Below are positions 50,501 to 63,694 of a DNA stretch of 64,000 nucleotides, in pieces. Below the pieces are notes generated by a model that saw nothing but the letters and a program-made list of their open reading frames with translations, was not told where the DNA came from and ran no database searches. Both the position numbers and the translations under genes were made by a program. Each line of letters starts with the position of its first letter. The first letter of the stretch is position 1. The stretch is taken from the NCBI RefSeq assembly GCF_006345805.1, contig NC_043011.1, positions 5,704,001 through 5,768,000 on the forward strand. Direction: 5' to 3'. The stretch is from Octopus sinensis (lineage: Eukaryota).

Positions 50501-51733
50501 AGGACTTCTGGAAAATAATAATAATGATAATAATGATTGCAAGTTTTGGCACAAAAACAACAGGTTTAGACAGCCAGTCGATTACATCAACCCCAGCACA
50601 CAACTGGTACTTATTTCACCCATTCAGAAAGGAAGAAAGGCAAAGTCAACCTTCATAGAATTTGAACTCAGAATGTAAAGAACTGCAAGAAATGCTACAA
50701 ACAATTCTACAGGTTCACCACAATAATAAAAGTAATACTAATGATGGTGATGATGATGATGATGATGATGAAAGCATTAGCTATCAATTTTCAAACCAAA
50801 CCCTGTTATTGTCTTATATTGCTAATGTTACAGGATTTTTTGAAAACTTTCAACTAGTTGATTGATGGGAGCGGAGTGGGGATGAGGTAAAGATCGCTTC
50901 TTTTATATTTACACCAATTTATTCACTTCTGGAATTAAAACAATTTAAGCTTTTCAAGCATTTCTCAAAGAGAACCACCAAAAAATAAAAAAAGTACCCC
51001 CACTACCACCAGCAATCAAAAAACAAATTTTTGTGAAAATAGTTTGAAATTGTCTAATCTTAGCTGTTTATGAAACCATTTTTCTCGTTAGATTTAATGT
51101 CACCCATTTTTAATCTGGTCTCTTTTCAAAGAACAGGAAGTTACCATTTTAGAATGTGTAAAATCAATTATGTTTTTCTTCATTTTTATTTTAAATGATC
51201 TAAACCTGTTCTTTATGGAATCAATAAGTGTGTAGCATCTGACAAGTTTTCAAAACCAGGTGCAGGCACTAACAAAGCAAATTCTAAACTCTTTCATTAC
51301 CATATTCTTAAAGAAATACACAGAGAGCTTTTGAAAAATAATGAGCTATTTTGAGGAATTTCATAAAATAGCTGATATTTTCATTAGGAAGCCAGTGTTC
51401 AGAACATAACGAAATGTTCTTACATTAAATTACAAGACAAGATTTTTTAATTTAAGTATGGAATTTTTTTTTTAGTTGGTATCTGGTGCGACAGAACTGA
51501 AGCTAGCCTTGGGCAGGTTGCCATCAACAGGGTTAACGAACCTTGTGAAAGCAAATCCATTAGATTGGAATATTACTGCTTCTTCTTCGTGGAATCACAA
51601 GAGAAGGCAGAGGAGGAGAAAGCTCTTTCACATTAATAGATTAAAATAATATTGTAGAATGGAAACGAAGCGCTTTCTCTGTATTGTAATCTCAAGACAC
51701 ACAACGCCACCATAATTTCTTACAATTAACACA

Positions 51734-51774
<41 letters not shown>

Positions 51775-52517
51775 TTCTCTCTCTCTCTCCTTCAAACACA
51801 CAGAGCAGAAGATATTTTCAATTTTACCTTTTCGATCCGTTTTAAACCGTTTTATATTGGAGAAAATTTGTAATTATCCTGACTTAACTCCATTATAATA
51901 TTTATTCTATACATTTTAGACTTTCCCAGATTATATATATCATCATCATCATTGTTTAACGTCCGTTTTCCATGCTGGCATGGGTCGGAGAGTTTGACTG
52001 AGGTCTGGAGAGCCAGCAGCTGCACCAGGCTCCAGTCTGATCTGGCAATGTTTCTACAGCTGGATGTCCTTCTTAACACCAACAGCTCCAAGAGTGTAGT
52101 GGGTGCTTTTTATATGCCACCAGCACGGGGGCCAGTCACAGGGTACTGGCATCAGCCACGTTTGGTTGGTGCTTTTTACATGCCACCAGCACAAGAACAA
52201 GTCAGGGGGTACTGGCATTGGTCATGTTTGAATGGTGCTTTTTACGTGCCACCGGCATGGGAGCCAGTCAAGTGGACCTAGCATTGACCACACTTGGATG
52301 GTACTTTTTACATGCCACCAGCACAGGAGCCAGTCTGGGGACACTGGCCACAGCTATGAAATTGGATTTACTTGACTCAACAGGCCTTCTCAAGCATATC
52401 ATATTACATGAGGTTTCTGGGGTACTCTTAACAGGGCTGCAATCTCACTTTAGTTGCCAAGTCTTCTCAATCACAGCATATCGCCAAAGGTCTTTCTCTC
52501 CTGTCATTGCCTCTGTG

Positions 52518-52569
<52 letters not shown>

Positions 52570-52570
52570 C

Positions 52571-52877
52571 ACCATGATCACCGTGACCGACCAGACCATC
52601 AGATGTTGCTACACATTGCTGGTCACAACACGCTTCGCATTGTTTTAGCCTTCAAATGTGCCACCCCGCTAGCTAAGCAAGCAGGCCAACAGAAGAAAGA
52701 GTGAGAGAAAGTTGTGGCGGAAGAGTACATCAGGGATCGCCACCATCCCCTGCAGGAGCCGCATGGAGCTTTAGGTGTTTTCGCTCAATAAACACTCACA
52801 ATGCCTGGTCTGGGAATCGAAACCGCGATCCTACGACCGCGAGTCCGCTGCCCTAACCACTGGGCCATTGCGCCTCC
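52571..52877 (-). mobile_element. SINE family C, tail type 2
   Basis: High similarity to 854-1147 along its length. Confidence 0.88.
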
Positions 52878-52912
52878 ACACACACATATATATATACATA
52901 CATAAATACATA

Positions 52913-52945
<33 letters not shown>

Positions 52946-53229
52946 ATCAATTGATGAAGACAAAAGAACAGGAGTTATGTAATCACCTTAAATAACTGAC
53001 TGTTATTTCAGCTGTAAGAAGCATTATACTCAGCTCTGTGCACTGCTGCTTATAGCAGAAACAGCTTTAAGCTAATGAAGTTGATTATGTAACTCCTGTT
53101 CCTTTGTCATTCCTTCATTGAGGTTACGCTCTGTACTTGCTTACCATTGTACTCTAAAGCATATGTATATTGAGTTCTATCTAACAACTAATTGTTAGTA
53201 TCACTATGCCTAAGTGAAATAATAAAATA

Positions 53230-54010
53230 CATTTTTTATCTTTAACTTGTGTCAGTCATTGGACTACGGCCATGCTGGGGCACTTCTTTGTAGAATTTTA
53301 TTCAAACGACTTGATCCCAGTATTTACTTTTTTTTAAAGCCTGGTGCTTATTTTATCAGTCTCTTTTGCTAAGCTGCTAGGTTACAGGGATCTAAACAAA
53401 CCAACACCAGCTGTCAAGCAGTCATTTGGAACAAACATACATATATGGATGTAGGATTGGCTGTGTGGTAAGAAGCTTGCTTCTCAACCACATGGTTCCA
53501 GGTTCAGTCACACTGTGTGGCACCTTAGGCAAGTGTCTTCTACTATAGCCTCAGGCTAACCAAAGACTTGTGAGTGGATTTGATAGACGGAAACTGAAAG
53601 AAGCCCATTGTGTATATAAATACATATGTGTGTGAGTGTATGTATTCATGTATCTGTGTTTGTCCCACCCACCTACCATCGCTTGGCAACCGATGTTGGT
53701 GTGTTTACGTCCCTGTAACTTAGCAGTTTGGCAAAAGAGAACCGATAGAATAAGTGCTAGGCTTACAAAGAAAAAGTCCTGAGGTTGGTTTGTTCAGCTA
53801 AAAGGCAGTGCCCCAGCATGGTCGGAGTCAAATGATTGAAACAAGTAAAAGAATAAAAGAATATACATGCAACAGGTTTCGTTCAGTTTCCATCTACCAA
53901 ATCCACTCACAAGGGCTATGGTTGAAGACACTTGCCTCATAGTACTACAAAGTGGGACTGAACCTGGAACCATGCGGTTTAGAAGCAAACTTACACACTG
54001 CCATGCTTGC
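53230..54010. mobile_element. Cluster of three older SINE-A pieces in alternating orientation
   Basis: About 53230-53440 minus, 53450-53860 plus, 53870-54010 minus. Confidence 0.75.
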
Positions 54011-54046
54011 ACCTACAATATAATATATATATATATATATATATAT

Positions 54047-54813
54047 AGCAATAATAATTCTCTAAAAGAGATATAGACAGTAACTGCTCGATAACATAAG
54101 GGACTAAAGCCATCTGAATATGGCTAGGGACAGGGCAGGGTGGTGGGGGTGTTACTGTTGCATTTAGCCCCAGGCGAACATCGACGTCGCCAGATAGGCC
54201 CGACACCGTCACGGTGTCCTTTAACCTGCAAAGGGAGATAATTCCCCGATGAAGCGGAAACCACACACGGACCATGGTTTCAAGGTGTATTGCCTATCGT
54301 TAACGTGTGGTAGGCCTCCGCTTCCTCGACGAAATCTCACTCTGCAGGATATTCATATATAGATTTTCAAGCAAAATACATTTGCTGATTTCGAAAATCT
54401 GTTCGACAGCAATAATAATTCTCTAAAAGAGATATAGACAGTAACTGCTCGATAACATAAGGGACTAAAGCCATCTGAATATGGCTAGGGACAGGGCAGG
54501 GTGGTGGGGGTGTTACTGTTGCATTTAGCCCCAGGCGAATATCGACGTCGCCAGATAGGCCCGACACCGTCACGGTGTCCTTTAACCTGCAAAGGGAGAT
54601 AATTCCCCGATGAAGCGGAAACCACACACGGACCATGGTTTCAAGGTGTATTGCCTATCGTCAACGTGTGGTAGGCCTCCGCTTCCTCGACGAAATCTCA
54701 CTCTGTAGGATATTCATATATAGATTTTCAAGCAAAATACATTTGCTGATTTCGAAAATCTGTTCGACAGCAATAATAATTCTCTAAAAGAGATATAGAC
54801 AGTAACTGCTCGA
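54047..54813. repeat. 361-bp CpG-rich tandem repeat, about 2.1 units
   Basis: Units start at 54047, 54408 and 54769; three C/T differences seen between units 1 and 2. Confidence 0.95.
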
Positions 54814-55982
54814 AAATAGTTCTTTATGTATGAAGGCACGTGGCTTAGTGGTCAGGGTATTTGACTCACATTCTTAAGGTTGTGAGTTCGATTCCTAGTG
54901 GCACACTGTGTCCCTGAGCAAGACACTTTATTTCACTTTGCTTCAGTCCACTCAGCTGGCAAAAATAAATCATACCTGTAATGAAAGGGCCAGCCTTGTC
55001 ACACTCTGTGTCATGCTGAATCTCCCCGAGAACTACATTAAGGGTACACGTGTCTGTGGAGTGCTCAGCCACTTGCATGTTAATATCACGAGCAAGCTGT
55101 TCCGTTGATCGGATCAACTGGAACCCTCATCATCATAAGCTGATGGAATGCCAGTTTGACAAATCTCAAGAACTACCTTGGGGTGGGGTGGGGTGGGGGA
55201 TCAGGCACAGGTGTGAATGCAGGGTTAAGAATTTGATTCACAATCACATGATTTTCGGTTCAGTTCCACGGTACAGCAGCTTGAGCAAATCTCTACCACC
55301 ATCAAAGATGAGCAAAACCTAGTGAGTGAATTTGATAGATGGAAACTAAAAGAAGCCTTGTGTATAAATATGCAATGGGGTGGTGAAAAGTTCCTGGCTT
55401 TGAGTAAGACAAAATACAGGAGGATAAGTTAATTAAGATTTTATTCAACATATTCCAGTGGCACGTAAAACTGTCAAACTATCCAACCCATGCCAGCATG
55501 GAAAGCAGATGTTAAATGATGATGATGATATTCCCCTCCCAGATTCACACATCTATTGCAGTGGTCCTTCAGTTTTTCTAAGCCCTGTAAAAGGACTTAG
55601 AAGTTTCAGCCTCCAGCCACGCCCTTTGTGATACCCTAAAGCCAGAAACTTTTCAACACCCCCTCATACAAATGCACATATATATAGATACCTTGTGTAT
55701 AAATGTACATATACATACATGTATGTGTGTAAATGTATACATGCATGCAAACATACATACATACATATATATATAGAGAGAGAGAAAACTCCCTTCGGTT
55801 ATGACTGACCATGGGATTGCACCTAGAAAGTTACCCTCGCAGGCACAAGTCTGAGCAAGGTTGCTTTTATGGAAGACCAGCAATCGCCCACGCATACCAG
55901 CCTCCCCTCTCCACATCACCGATGTTATCCAAGGGAAAGGTAAAGGAGCCGATATAGCTTGACACCTGTGACATCACAGCTC

Positions 55983-56296
55983 ATTTATTAACATGCAAGT
56001 GGCTGAGCAGTCCACAGACACGTGTACCCTTAACGGAGTTCTCAGGGAGATTCAGCGTGACACAGAGTATGACAAAGTTGGCCCTTTGAAATACAGGTAC
56101 AACAGAAAGAGGAAGAAAGAGTGAGAGAAAGTTGTGGTGAAAGAGTACAGCAAGGTTCACCACCACCCCCTGCCAGAGCTTCATGGAGCTTTAGGTGTTT
56201 TCGCTCAATAAACACTCAACGACTAGTCTCAGAATCGAAACTGCAGTCCTACGACCACGAGTCCACTGCCCTAACCACTGGGCCATTGCACCTCCA
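55983..56296 (-). mobile_element. SINE family C, tail type 1, 3'-truncated
   Basis: Homologous to 14547-14929. Confidence 0.8.
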
Positions 56297-56548
56297 CTAT
56301 ATACATACGTGTGTGTGACTCCTTATCTTGACATAGTGTGTGAGTTGTAAACACGCTTCGTTACCATAGAAACAGTGCCAATTGAAATCTCGTGTAAAAA
56401 ACACGTTTCCAAGTAAGGGAGAAATATTCCTTTACTTGGAAACAAGTAATAGTTGGCAATGGGAAGAACTTTTGGGCAGAGAAAATGTGTTCTGACAAAT
56501 TCATATGACACACGTAAGCATGGAGAAATAAACACTAAAATAATGATT

Positions 56549-56601
<53 letters not shown>

Positions 56602-57650
56602 TGCACACAAGCATGTAGGCACACACACACAGAGTACATAGCAGAGATGTGAATTTTCAACTTATATAAATTCAAAAACATCTCATTCTTCCCTGGGGTT
56701 AAGACTAGCAAGATAGCAACCAGTTTGTAATAAAAATTATTGATCTCTTGAAAATCACAATGGCCTTTGGCTTCTCGGAGAAGAAAATTAAGAGTCTGCA
56801 GAGTACATACCATTCTGAAGAACGTCAACCATATACAGAGAGCAAAATGACTACAACAAGGAATCAAAAGTTGACTGTGGACTAAGTTCAGTTGAAGTTC
56901 ACCTCTATAAAAGAACAGAAGGTCTGAGTTTATCTCACACTGCAGACATTTCTCTACATTGTCACAGCTAAATGCTTAATTTTATGTCACCTACCTTTGT
57001 AAGATATACCAGCCACAGGTATCAAATCTCTCTAAAAATCCCTTTTTAGCCAAAGTAAGAAAAGGCTACACTGATTAATGAGGTCCTTCAAACTCTTAAT
57101 AGGTGGGATGGTCATGGCTAGAATGCATTTGATCATAAGTTTGCTTGATCAAGACTGGCATTGGGCAAAACGAAAGCACATGCACAGCTGATATTGATGG
57201 AGGTTAAGAGGCATAACATTTTATACGTACACACACAGAGACATGGACACAGAAAATCATTATTGTTTCATGTCCGCATCTCAGTGCAGAATCTGTTGAG
57301 GCAGATTTCTACAGCTGGATGCCCTTCCTGTCACCAGCCCTCACATGTTTCCAAACAAGGTAAATATTCCAGACAAGTTTTTTCAATGGGAAATTAGAAA
57401 CGAACGACATCACTTGTATGACAAAGATGCTCATTTACAACCATCACATCATGGGCTTCTTTTCAGTTTCCATTTACCAAATATTCCCTCACAAGACACT
57501 GGTCTTCTTCACACCATAAGGAAAGACACTTGCCCAAGGGCTGTTGCACAACAGGATTGAAACTGAAACCACATGATTGCAAAGCAAACCTCTTGACCAG
57601 ACGGCCGTAACCAAATACAAATTGAAAGCCAGGAAGACTTACGTGGAATA

Positions 57651-58038
57651 TCTTTATATATTAAAGTGAAGTTGTGTGTCTGTCTCCTACGATTTACATT
57701 CCTAACTACTCCCACATTTTGCGGTGCAGTTTAACCAAAACCGGGTATCTTATAGTCGTGATTCATATCGAGCCCTTCTGGGTATTAGCGCGCGTCTACG
57801 ATTTAAAAAAAAATTGACCCTCATTTCTTTCCATTTTAATGCATTTTTTCGCTATTATATAAGGGAAATAACTCTCTAAAAATGTCTACGATGAGTCAAC
57901 AATTTAAAAAAAAATTTACCATCACTTTTTTTTCCATTTTTAATGCATTTTTTTGCTATTTTTTGGCTATAACTCTCTAAAAATGCTTATATAGTTATTT
58001 CCCTTACAAACCCGAGCAACGCCAGGCGATACTGCTAG
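57651..58038 (+). mobile_element. Non-autonomous Helitron
   Basis: A|TCTTTATATATTAAAG...CCCGAGCAACGCCAGGCGATACTGCTAG|T; has an internal duplication relative to the 7074 copy. Confidence 0.85.
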
Positions 58039-58635
58039 TGTGAAATGAAATAAGGCTTGCAGGGTGGAATGCAACAAGAAGAGGGGAATTTTGATATCAT
58101 GGGTGAGGAATTTCATCTGATTCTATGAAATTTTATTGATACATAAAATCCCAAGATATATTTAGTTTTGTTAGCTAAACCATTTTAACCCATAAAACTA
58201 CTGTCATTAACGAGATATCTCATTATCAAGAATGACTTAATGGCTTTCACACACAACATCACTAATTCTTTTACGGCTTTCTATGGCATATTCCTAGAAA
58301 GTTCTCTCATGCAAACACAATAATAATGAGATAAATATATATATATAAATATAGATGTTTATTTATTAATTTTGCACATAACTTAATCATTGGTATATGT
58401 TTTATCTTATATTTAATTTTTCTATAAGATGTAATTTTTTCTAGATGTTATAATTTAATTTTTTTCATTGTTGAATTGATAAAAGGTGATATTTTTCTAA
58501 TTATATCATCATCATCATCATCATCGATTAAAGTCTGCTTTCCATGCTGGCATGGGTTGGACGGTTTGACTGAGTTCTGGTGAGCCAGAGGCTGCACCAG
58601 GCTCCAATCCGTTGCCCTGGCAACAATCATGCTCA

Positions 58636-59048
58636 GATGTGCTTTTAACATTCCACTAGCTCGAGTGCCAATCAGGCAGTACTGTCATCAGCCACGTCAG
58701 CGATTTTGATTTGTTTACCTCTGCCTCAATAGGTCTTTGCAAGCAAAGTTCATTGTCCATTGAACGAAGGGTACCCATAAGTGGGCCGGTTACATCCCAC
58801 ATTCGGATGTGCTTTTAACATTCCACTAGCTCGAGTGCCAATCAGGCAGTACTGTCATCAGCCACGTCAGCGATTTTGATTTGTTTACCTCTGCCTCAAT
58901 AGGTCTTTGCAAGCAAAGTTCATTGTCCATTGAACGAAGGGTACCCATAAGTGGGCCGGTTACATCCCACATTCGGATGTGCTTTTAACATTCCACTAGC
59001 TCGAGTGCCAATCAGGCAGTACTGTCATCAGCCACGTCAGTGATTTTG
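58636..59048. repeat. 170-bp tandem repeat, about 2.4 units, inside a family-D copy
   Basis: Units start at 58636, 58806 and 58976; the first two look identical. Confidence 0.92.
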
Positions 59049-59194
59049 GTTTTGATTTCATTTATTAATCGATTAGCTATTCAGCTATATAATGCCTTTT
59101 TGGGGGCTTGCAATCACCAATATTCTGTTATTATCATTTTTAAATTGTTACACTAGATGATATCGTGAATTATTTGCTCTGTATTGTATATATT

Positions 59195-59227
<33 letters not shown>

Positions 59228-59510
59228 GAAAGCAACAAAAGGCCACCAAAGCTACCAGAGTTATAATCTACATGAGTTAATGATGAGAATTTGGTGAAAG
59301 GCTATTTGGTTAGAGATGTTTATTTGAAAGAAAGTGTAAGAAATGATGTTGTTATGAGTTTGTGGGAGGAACGGGGGGGGGGGGGAATGGTCGGGGGGGT
59401 CGGGGGGGGGGGAGGCAGTGGTGGTGGCAGCAGGAAATAATTTTGAATTCATTTCATACTCTATTAGACTTCCAATTATGTATGCACACAAACACACACC
59501 TATATACACA

Positions 59511-59548
<38 letters not shown>

Positions 59549-60835
59549 CTCGCACACACACACACACACACACACTTGTATACCCACACAAATATACACC
59601 CCATCTGCAATGTGTTATGTAATAAACAAGACAAGTGCATTGCCATCAGAGTTATATTTAGACATTCACATACGGAAGGAGGGGGGAGGAGGAAGGGGAG
59701 GAGGAGAAAGAGGACAATGACAACAAAGGCTAACAGCAGAACAGAGATCTTTGTTGCTTCTATCTCTACTTACATGTTTGTAATACATGCTTTTATGTGT
59801 CTGTCTCTCTCTCACTCTCTGTGTGTGTCCGTGTGTCCGCGTGCATGTGCACGCACAGTATTTTGGAGTTATAATTTGAAATGTAATGTTTACCTCTTTT
59901 AATAAACATACTCTCTCAACATCCCAGTGTAAAGCAAGCCACAGGTGTAACTAATTAACCACCTTGTCATCACTTTCTTTATTTTTTTTACTTTGTTTTG
60001 CTTCCCTCAAGCACCTACAACTCTGAAAGGCCTGTCACTGGGTTTCCATGGAGTATAACTGAACCAAAGTCACAACATTCCCTCTGAACAGGACACCAGC
60101 TTGTTGCAAGGTTCAGGGCCAGCCACTTTTGAGGGGAGGGGGAGCAAGTCAATGACACTGAGCCCAGTACCTGTCTGATAATTTACTTTATTGACCACCC
60201 CACCTCACCCCCAAGGCCATACATTGAATGCACCGATTCTGGTCTGAGCACCAAAGTGAAGCAAAGTTGAGCCCAGTTAGTGCTTAGATGGGTGCAGCCG
60301 AAATTGCGAGGATGATCCGGTTCTTGACTGAAGATTGAAGGCTTCAAATGTCCTGTCTGTGTTTTTTGTATCTTCTTCTAAATGTTTTACGTTCTTGTCC
60401 CAGTTTGTATTTTTCTACATATAATACTGTAATATCTACTCAGCTAGTAGTCTCTATCTTAAGCCATCCCAGCAGAATATTTAGGACAACCATTCTTTCC
60501 CTTTAACGACAGCAAACTACCTCCTACTCTTATTTCCCCCATCCTTTCTTCCACTTCCCCTTTTCTTCATTCTACGATTCCCACTCCCACGTATTTGACC
60601 TCGTCCTTCCCTTTCTTCTTGACATTTTATTTCTCCTAACATCTGTTTATTTATTCTGTTCTTCTGGCTCTGCCATTCATTCCAACTCAGATCTGCAGTG
60701 AGTTAACTTGGGAATCCCAAACGACAATGCAACCTTCATGTAATTAAGGTATTCTCAGCCTGATGATTAGCTGTGCTGAGTACCCCTCGTTGAGTAATTA
60801 TTACATTAGAGAATCAGCTAAGAACTATATACGTA

Positions 60836-61260
60836 GGCGTAGGAGTGGCTGTGTGGTAAGTAGCTTGTTTACCAGCCACATGGTTCCGGGTTCAGTCCCA
60901 CTGCGTGGCACCTTGGGCAAGTGTCTTCTACTATAGCCTCGAGCCGACCAAAGCCTTGTGAGTGGATTTGGTACACAGAAACTGAAAGAAGCCCATCGTA
61001 TATCTGTATATATATATATATGCATGTGTGTGTATATGTTTGTGTGTCTGTGTTTGTCCCCCTAGCATTGCTTGACAACCGATGCTGGTGTGTTTACATC
61101 CCCGTCACTTAGCGGTTCGGCAAAAGAGGCCGATAGAATAAGTACTAGGCTTACAAAGAATAAGTCCCGGGGTCGAGTCGCTCGATTAAAGGCGGTGCTC
61201 CAGCATGGCCGCAGTCAAATGACTGAAACAAGTAAAAGAGTAAAAGAGAGAAAAAGAGAG
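60836..61260 (+). mobile_element. SINE family A, full length
   Basis: Same consensus. Confidence 0.92.
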
Positions 61261-63141
61261 TCAAGCTTGTACACATTCCAATTCCTCAATTTGGATTCTT
61301 ATTCGCATTCAAGGCAACTCTCGTTGCTATACAGAAACTTTCAGCTTACCGAATTTCCTTGCAACTTTGATATAGGAAAAAGGGTGTTACCTTTGATGCC
61401 AATGAACTATTATTATTCCTGATCATACTGTATCTGCTATGGACTGCTTGAAGCTTGCTAAATTCCTACACTTGGATCCCTGGATCATACCTTTATATAC
61501 TGACGTGTATGTGTGTGTGTATATAGATACATATATATTCTAGTATTATAATATATTATATCAATATTATATTACATATTAGGCACAGGTTTCATGCTCA
61601 GTCCCACTGCATGGTATTGAGTTTCCTATTTTCTTTCTATAACCCTAGACCAACCGAAGCCTTGAGAGTGGATTTGAGAGACAGAAACAGAGAGAAGCCC
61701 TTCTTATACATCTATGCACATTTGTGTTTCTTTGTCTTTGTCATACAAACAATGTCCATTTCCAGTCTTCTGTGAAAACATGTCTGGCCATATTGAAATA
61801 ATACCTCACTTTGAAACAGGCGAAGGTTGGTGACAGGAAGAGCATCTGGCCTAAGAAACATTTGACTCAACAAACTTTGTTTGACCCATGTGAGCATGGA
61901 AAAGTTTGTGTGTGTGTGTGTGTGTGTTATATCTAAAAGGGACAGTTTACCTAAGTCAGTTTCACACAGTGGGCATGTAAAAAGCACCATCCGATCGTGG
62001 CCATTGCCAGTCTCGCCTGGCCCCTGTGCCAGTGGCACGTAAAAAGCACCCACTACATTCACGGTGTGGTTGGCGTTATGAAGGGCATCCAGCCGGAGAA
62101 ACACTGCCAGATCAGACTGGGCCTGGTGCAGCCTTCTGGCTTCCCAGACCCCAGTTGAACCGTCCAACCCATGCTGCATGGAAAGCGGACGCTAAATGAT
62201 GATGACGATGATGTTGTCAGTCACTAGACAAAACTCTAGTAAATTGTCTCTTCTTCAAACAGCAAACATATTTTTTTACTCTACTGCAAGTATTGAGTTT
62301 TATGTCAGATAGTATACTAGTGTGTGTTTTACACTTCTTACATTATAAAATTGTAAGTTGATAACTCAACTGTATAGAAAAATGCATCAAGTACATACTG
62401 GAGTGGTTTGGTGGTATGGACATGTGTCAAGATGTATTATCATTAATGGACTATATCACTGATTATTTAACACTTTTATGTATGTATTGAGTACTTTGAT
62501 TTTCTTCATGTAAATTATCTATAGTGTGTGAGTGTGTGTGTTTAGATAAGAGGTGGTTGAAGGGAGAGGAAAGGAACTTATTTAAACAAGATGTGATGAG
62601 ATTGAAAACACATGCATACATACTATAGATGTACACACACACACACACACATGTGTCGGGGGGGGGGGTTACAAACAAATAAATGGTTATTTGTTTTTGT
62701 GGGGCAGGGGTAACACAAGAATTCATTGGCAACAACCCAACCTGTTGTAGATAGACTATAGAATGGTTATATGAATGGAATTGGTAAAAAAAAAAGCAAG
62801 AAAGAAATGTGGTGGGGGGGGGGGTAAACAGACACTGAGAAAGAGATGGGAGGGGTGGAGAAAGACAGACAGCCATACAATCTGTTATGTTCAACAGGAT
62901 GTAGTTGTTGTTGAACATTGTATAAAGTTTGAATTAACAGAAAGAAAAGAAATATAAACAGCTAAGAAAAACAAAACACTGCAACAAGATGACAATAAAA
63001 AAAAGTAACAGCAGTCTGTCTGTGTGTCTTTTTGATGAGTGAAGAAACCTCATTTCTTTCTCCCAACAGCTTTCTTTTCACTGACTGACCTTCACTTTGT
63101 ACAACCTCTGGCTGTGGCCATTTTCTCATTTTTCTACCATA

Positions 63142-63559
63142 GGCGCAGGAGTGGCTGTGTGGTAAGTAGCTTGCTTACCAACCACATGGTTCCGGGTTCA
63201 GTCCCACTGCGTGGCACCTTGGGCAGGTATCTTCTGCTATAGCTTCGGGCCGACCAAAGCCTTGTGAGTGGATTTGGTAGACGGAAACTGAAAGAAGCCC
63301 GTCATATATATATATATATATGCGTGTGTGCGTGTATGTTTCCGTGTTTGTGTTTGTCCCCCTAGCATTGCTTGACAACCGATGCTGGTGTGTTTATGTC
63401 CCCATTACTTAGCGGTTCGGCAAAAGAGACCGATAGAATAAGTACTGGGCTTACAAAAGAATAAGTCCTGGGGTTGAGTTGCTCGACTAAAGGCGGTGCT
63501 CCAGCATGGCCGCAGTCAAATGACTGAAACAAGTAAAAAGAGTAAAAAGAGTAAAGAGT
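63142..63559 (+). mobile_element. SINE family A, full length
   Basis: Same consensus. Further degraded copies near 19040, 27085, 36910, 40590, 41275, 45350, 55250, 57460, 61580. Confidence 0.92.
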
Positions 63560-63694
63560 ACTCCTACCTCTACTCTCACCACTACCATCACTACTACTAC
63601 TACTACTACTACCACAACCTCCACATCTAGCAACCCCGTTACCATCATGATACCACAGTTACTACCACCAGCTTTTGATCATAAGATCCCCTAA

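Noticed and set aside
54245-54340. CCGATGA...GACGAAA hammerhead-like words in the 361-bp unit
   Set aside because: U4 is C, nine extra nucleotides separate the stem from GAAA, and stem I cannot form; kept only as a structured repeat.
53991-54636. Duplicated 88-94 aa minus ORFs
   Set aside because: Products of the 361-bp repeat; no domain features.
56800-56860. CTTCAGAATG|GTATGT as a possible upstream exon donor
   Set aside because: No PH1 N-terminal coding exon lies between it and 42631, and no homology supports it.
58670-58700. CTGATGA on the minus strand in each 170-bp unit
   Set aside because: The hairpin CAGTACTG is not followed by GAAA and no stem I or III can be drawn.
59370-59430. 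Long G runs (G-quadruplex potential)
   Set aside because: Simple low-complexity tract among many; nothing in the sequence indicates function.
60325-60360. CTGAAGA..CTTCAAATGTC motif
   Set aside because: No GAAA and no convincing stem I.
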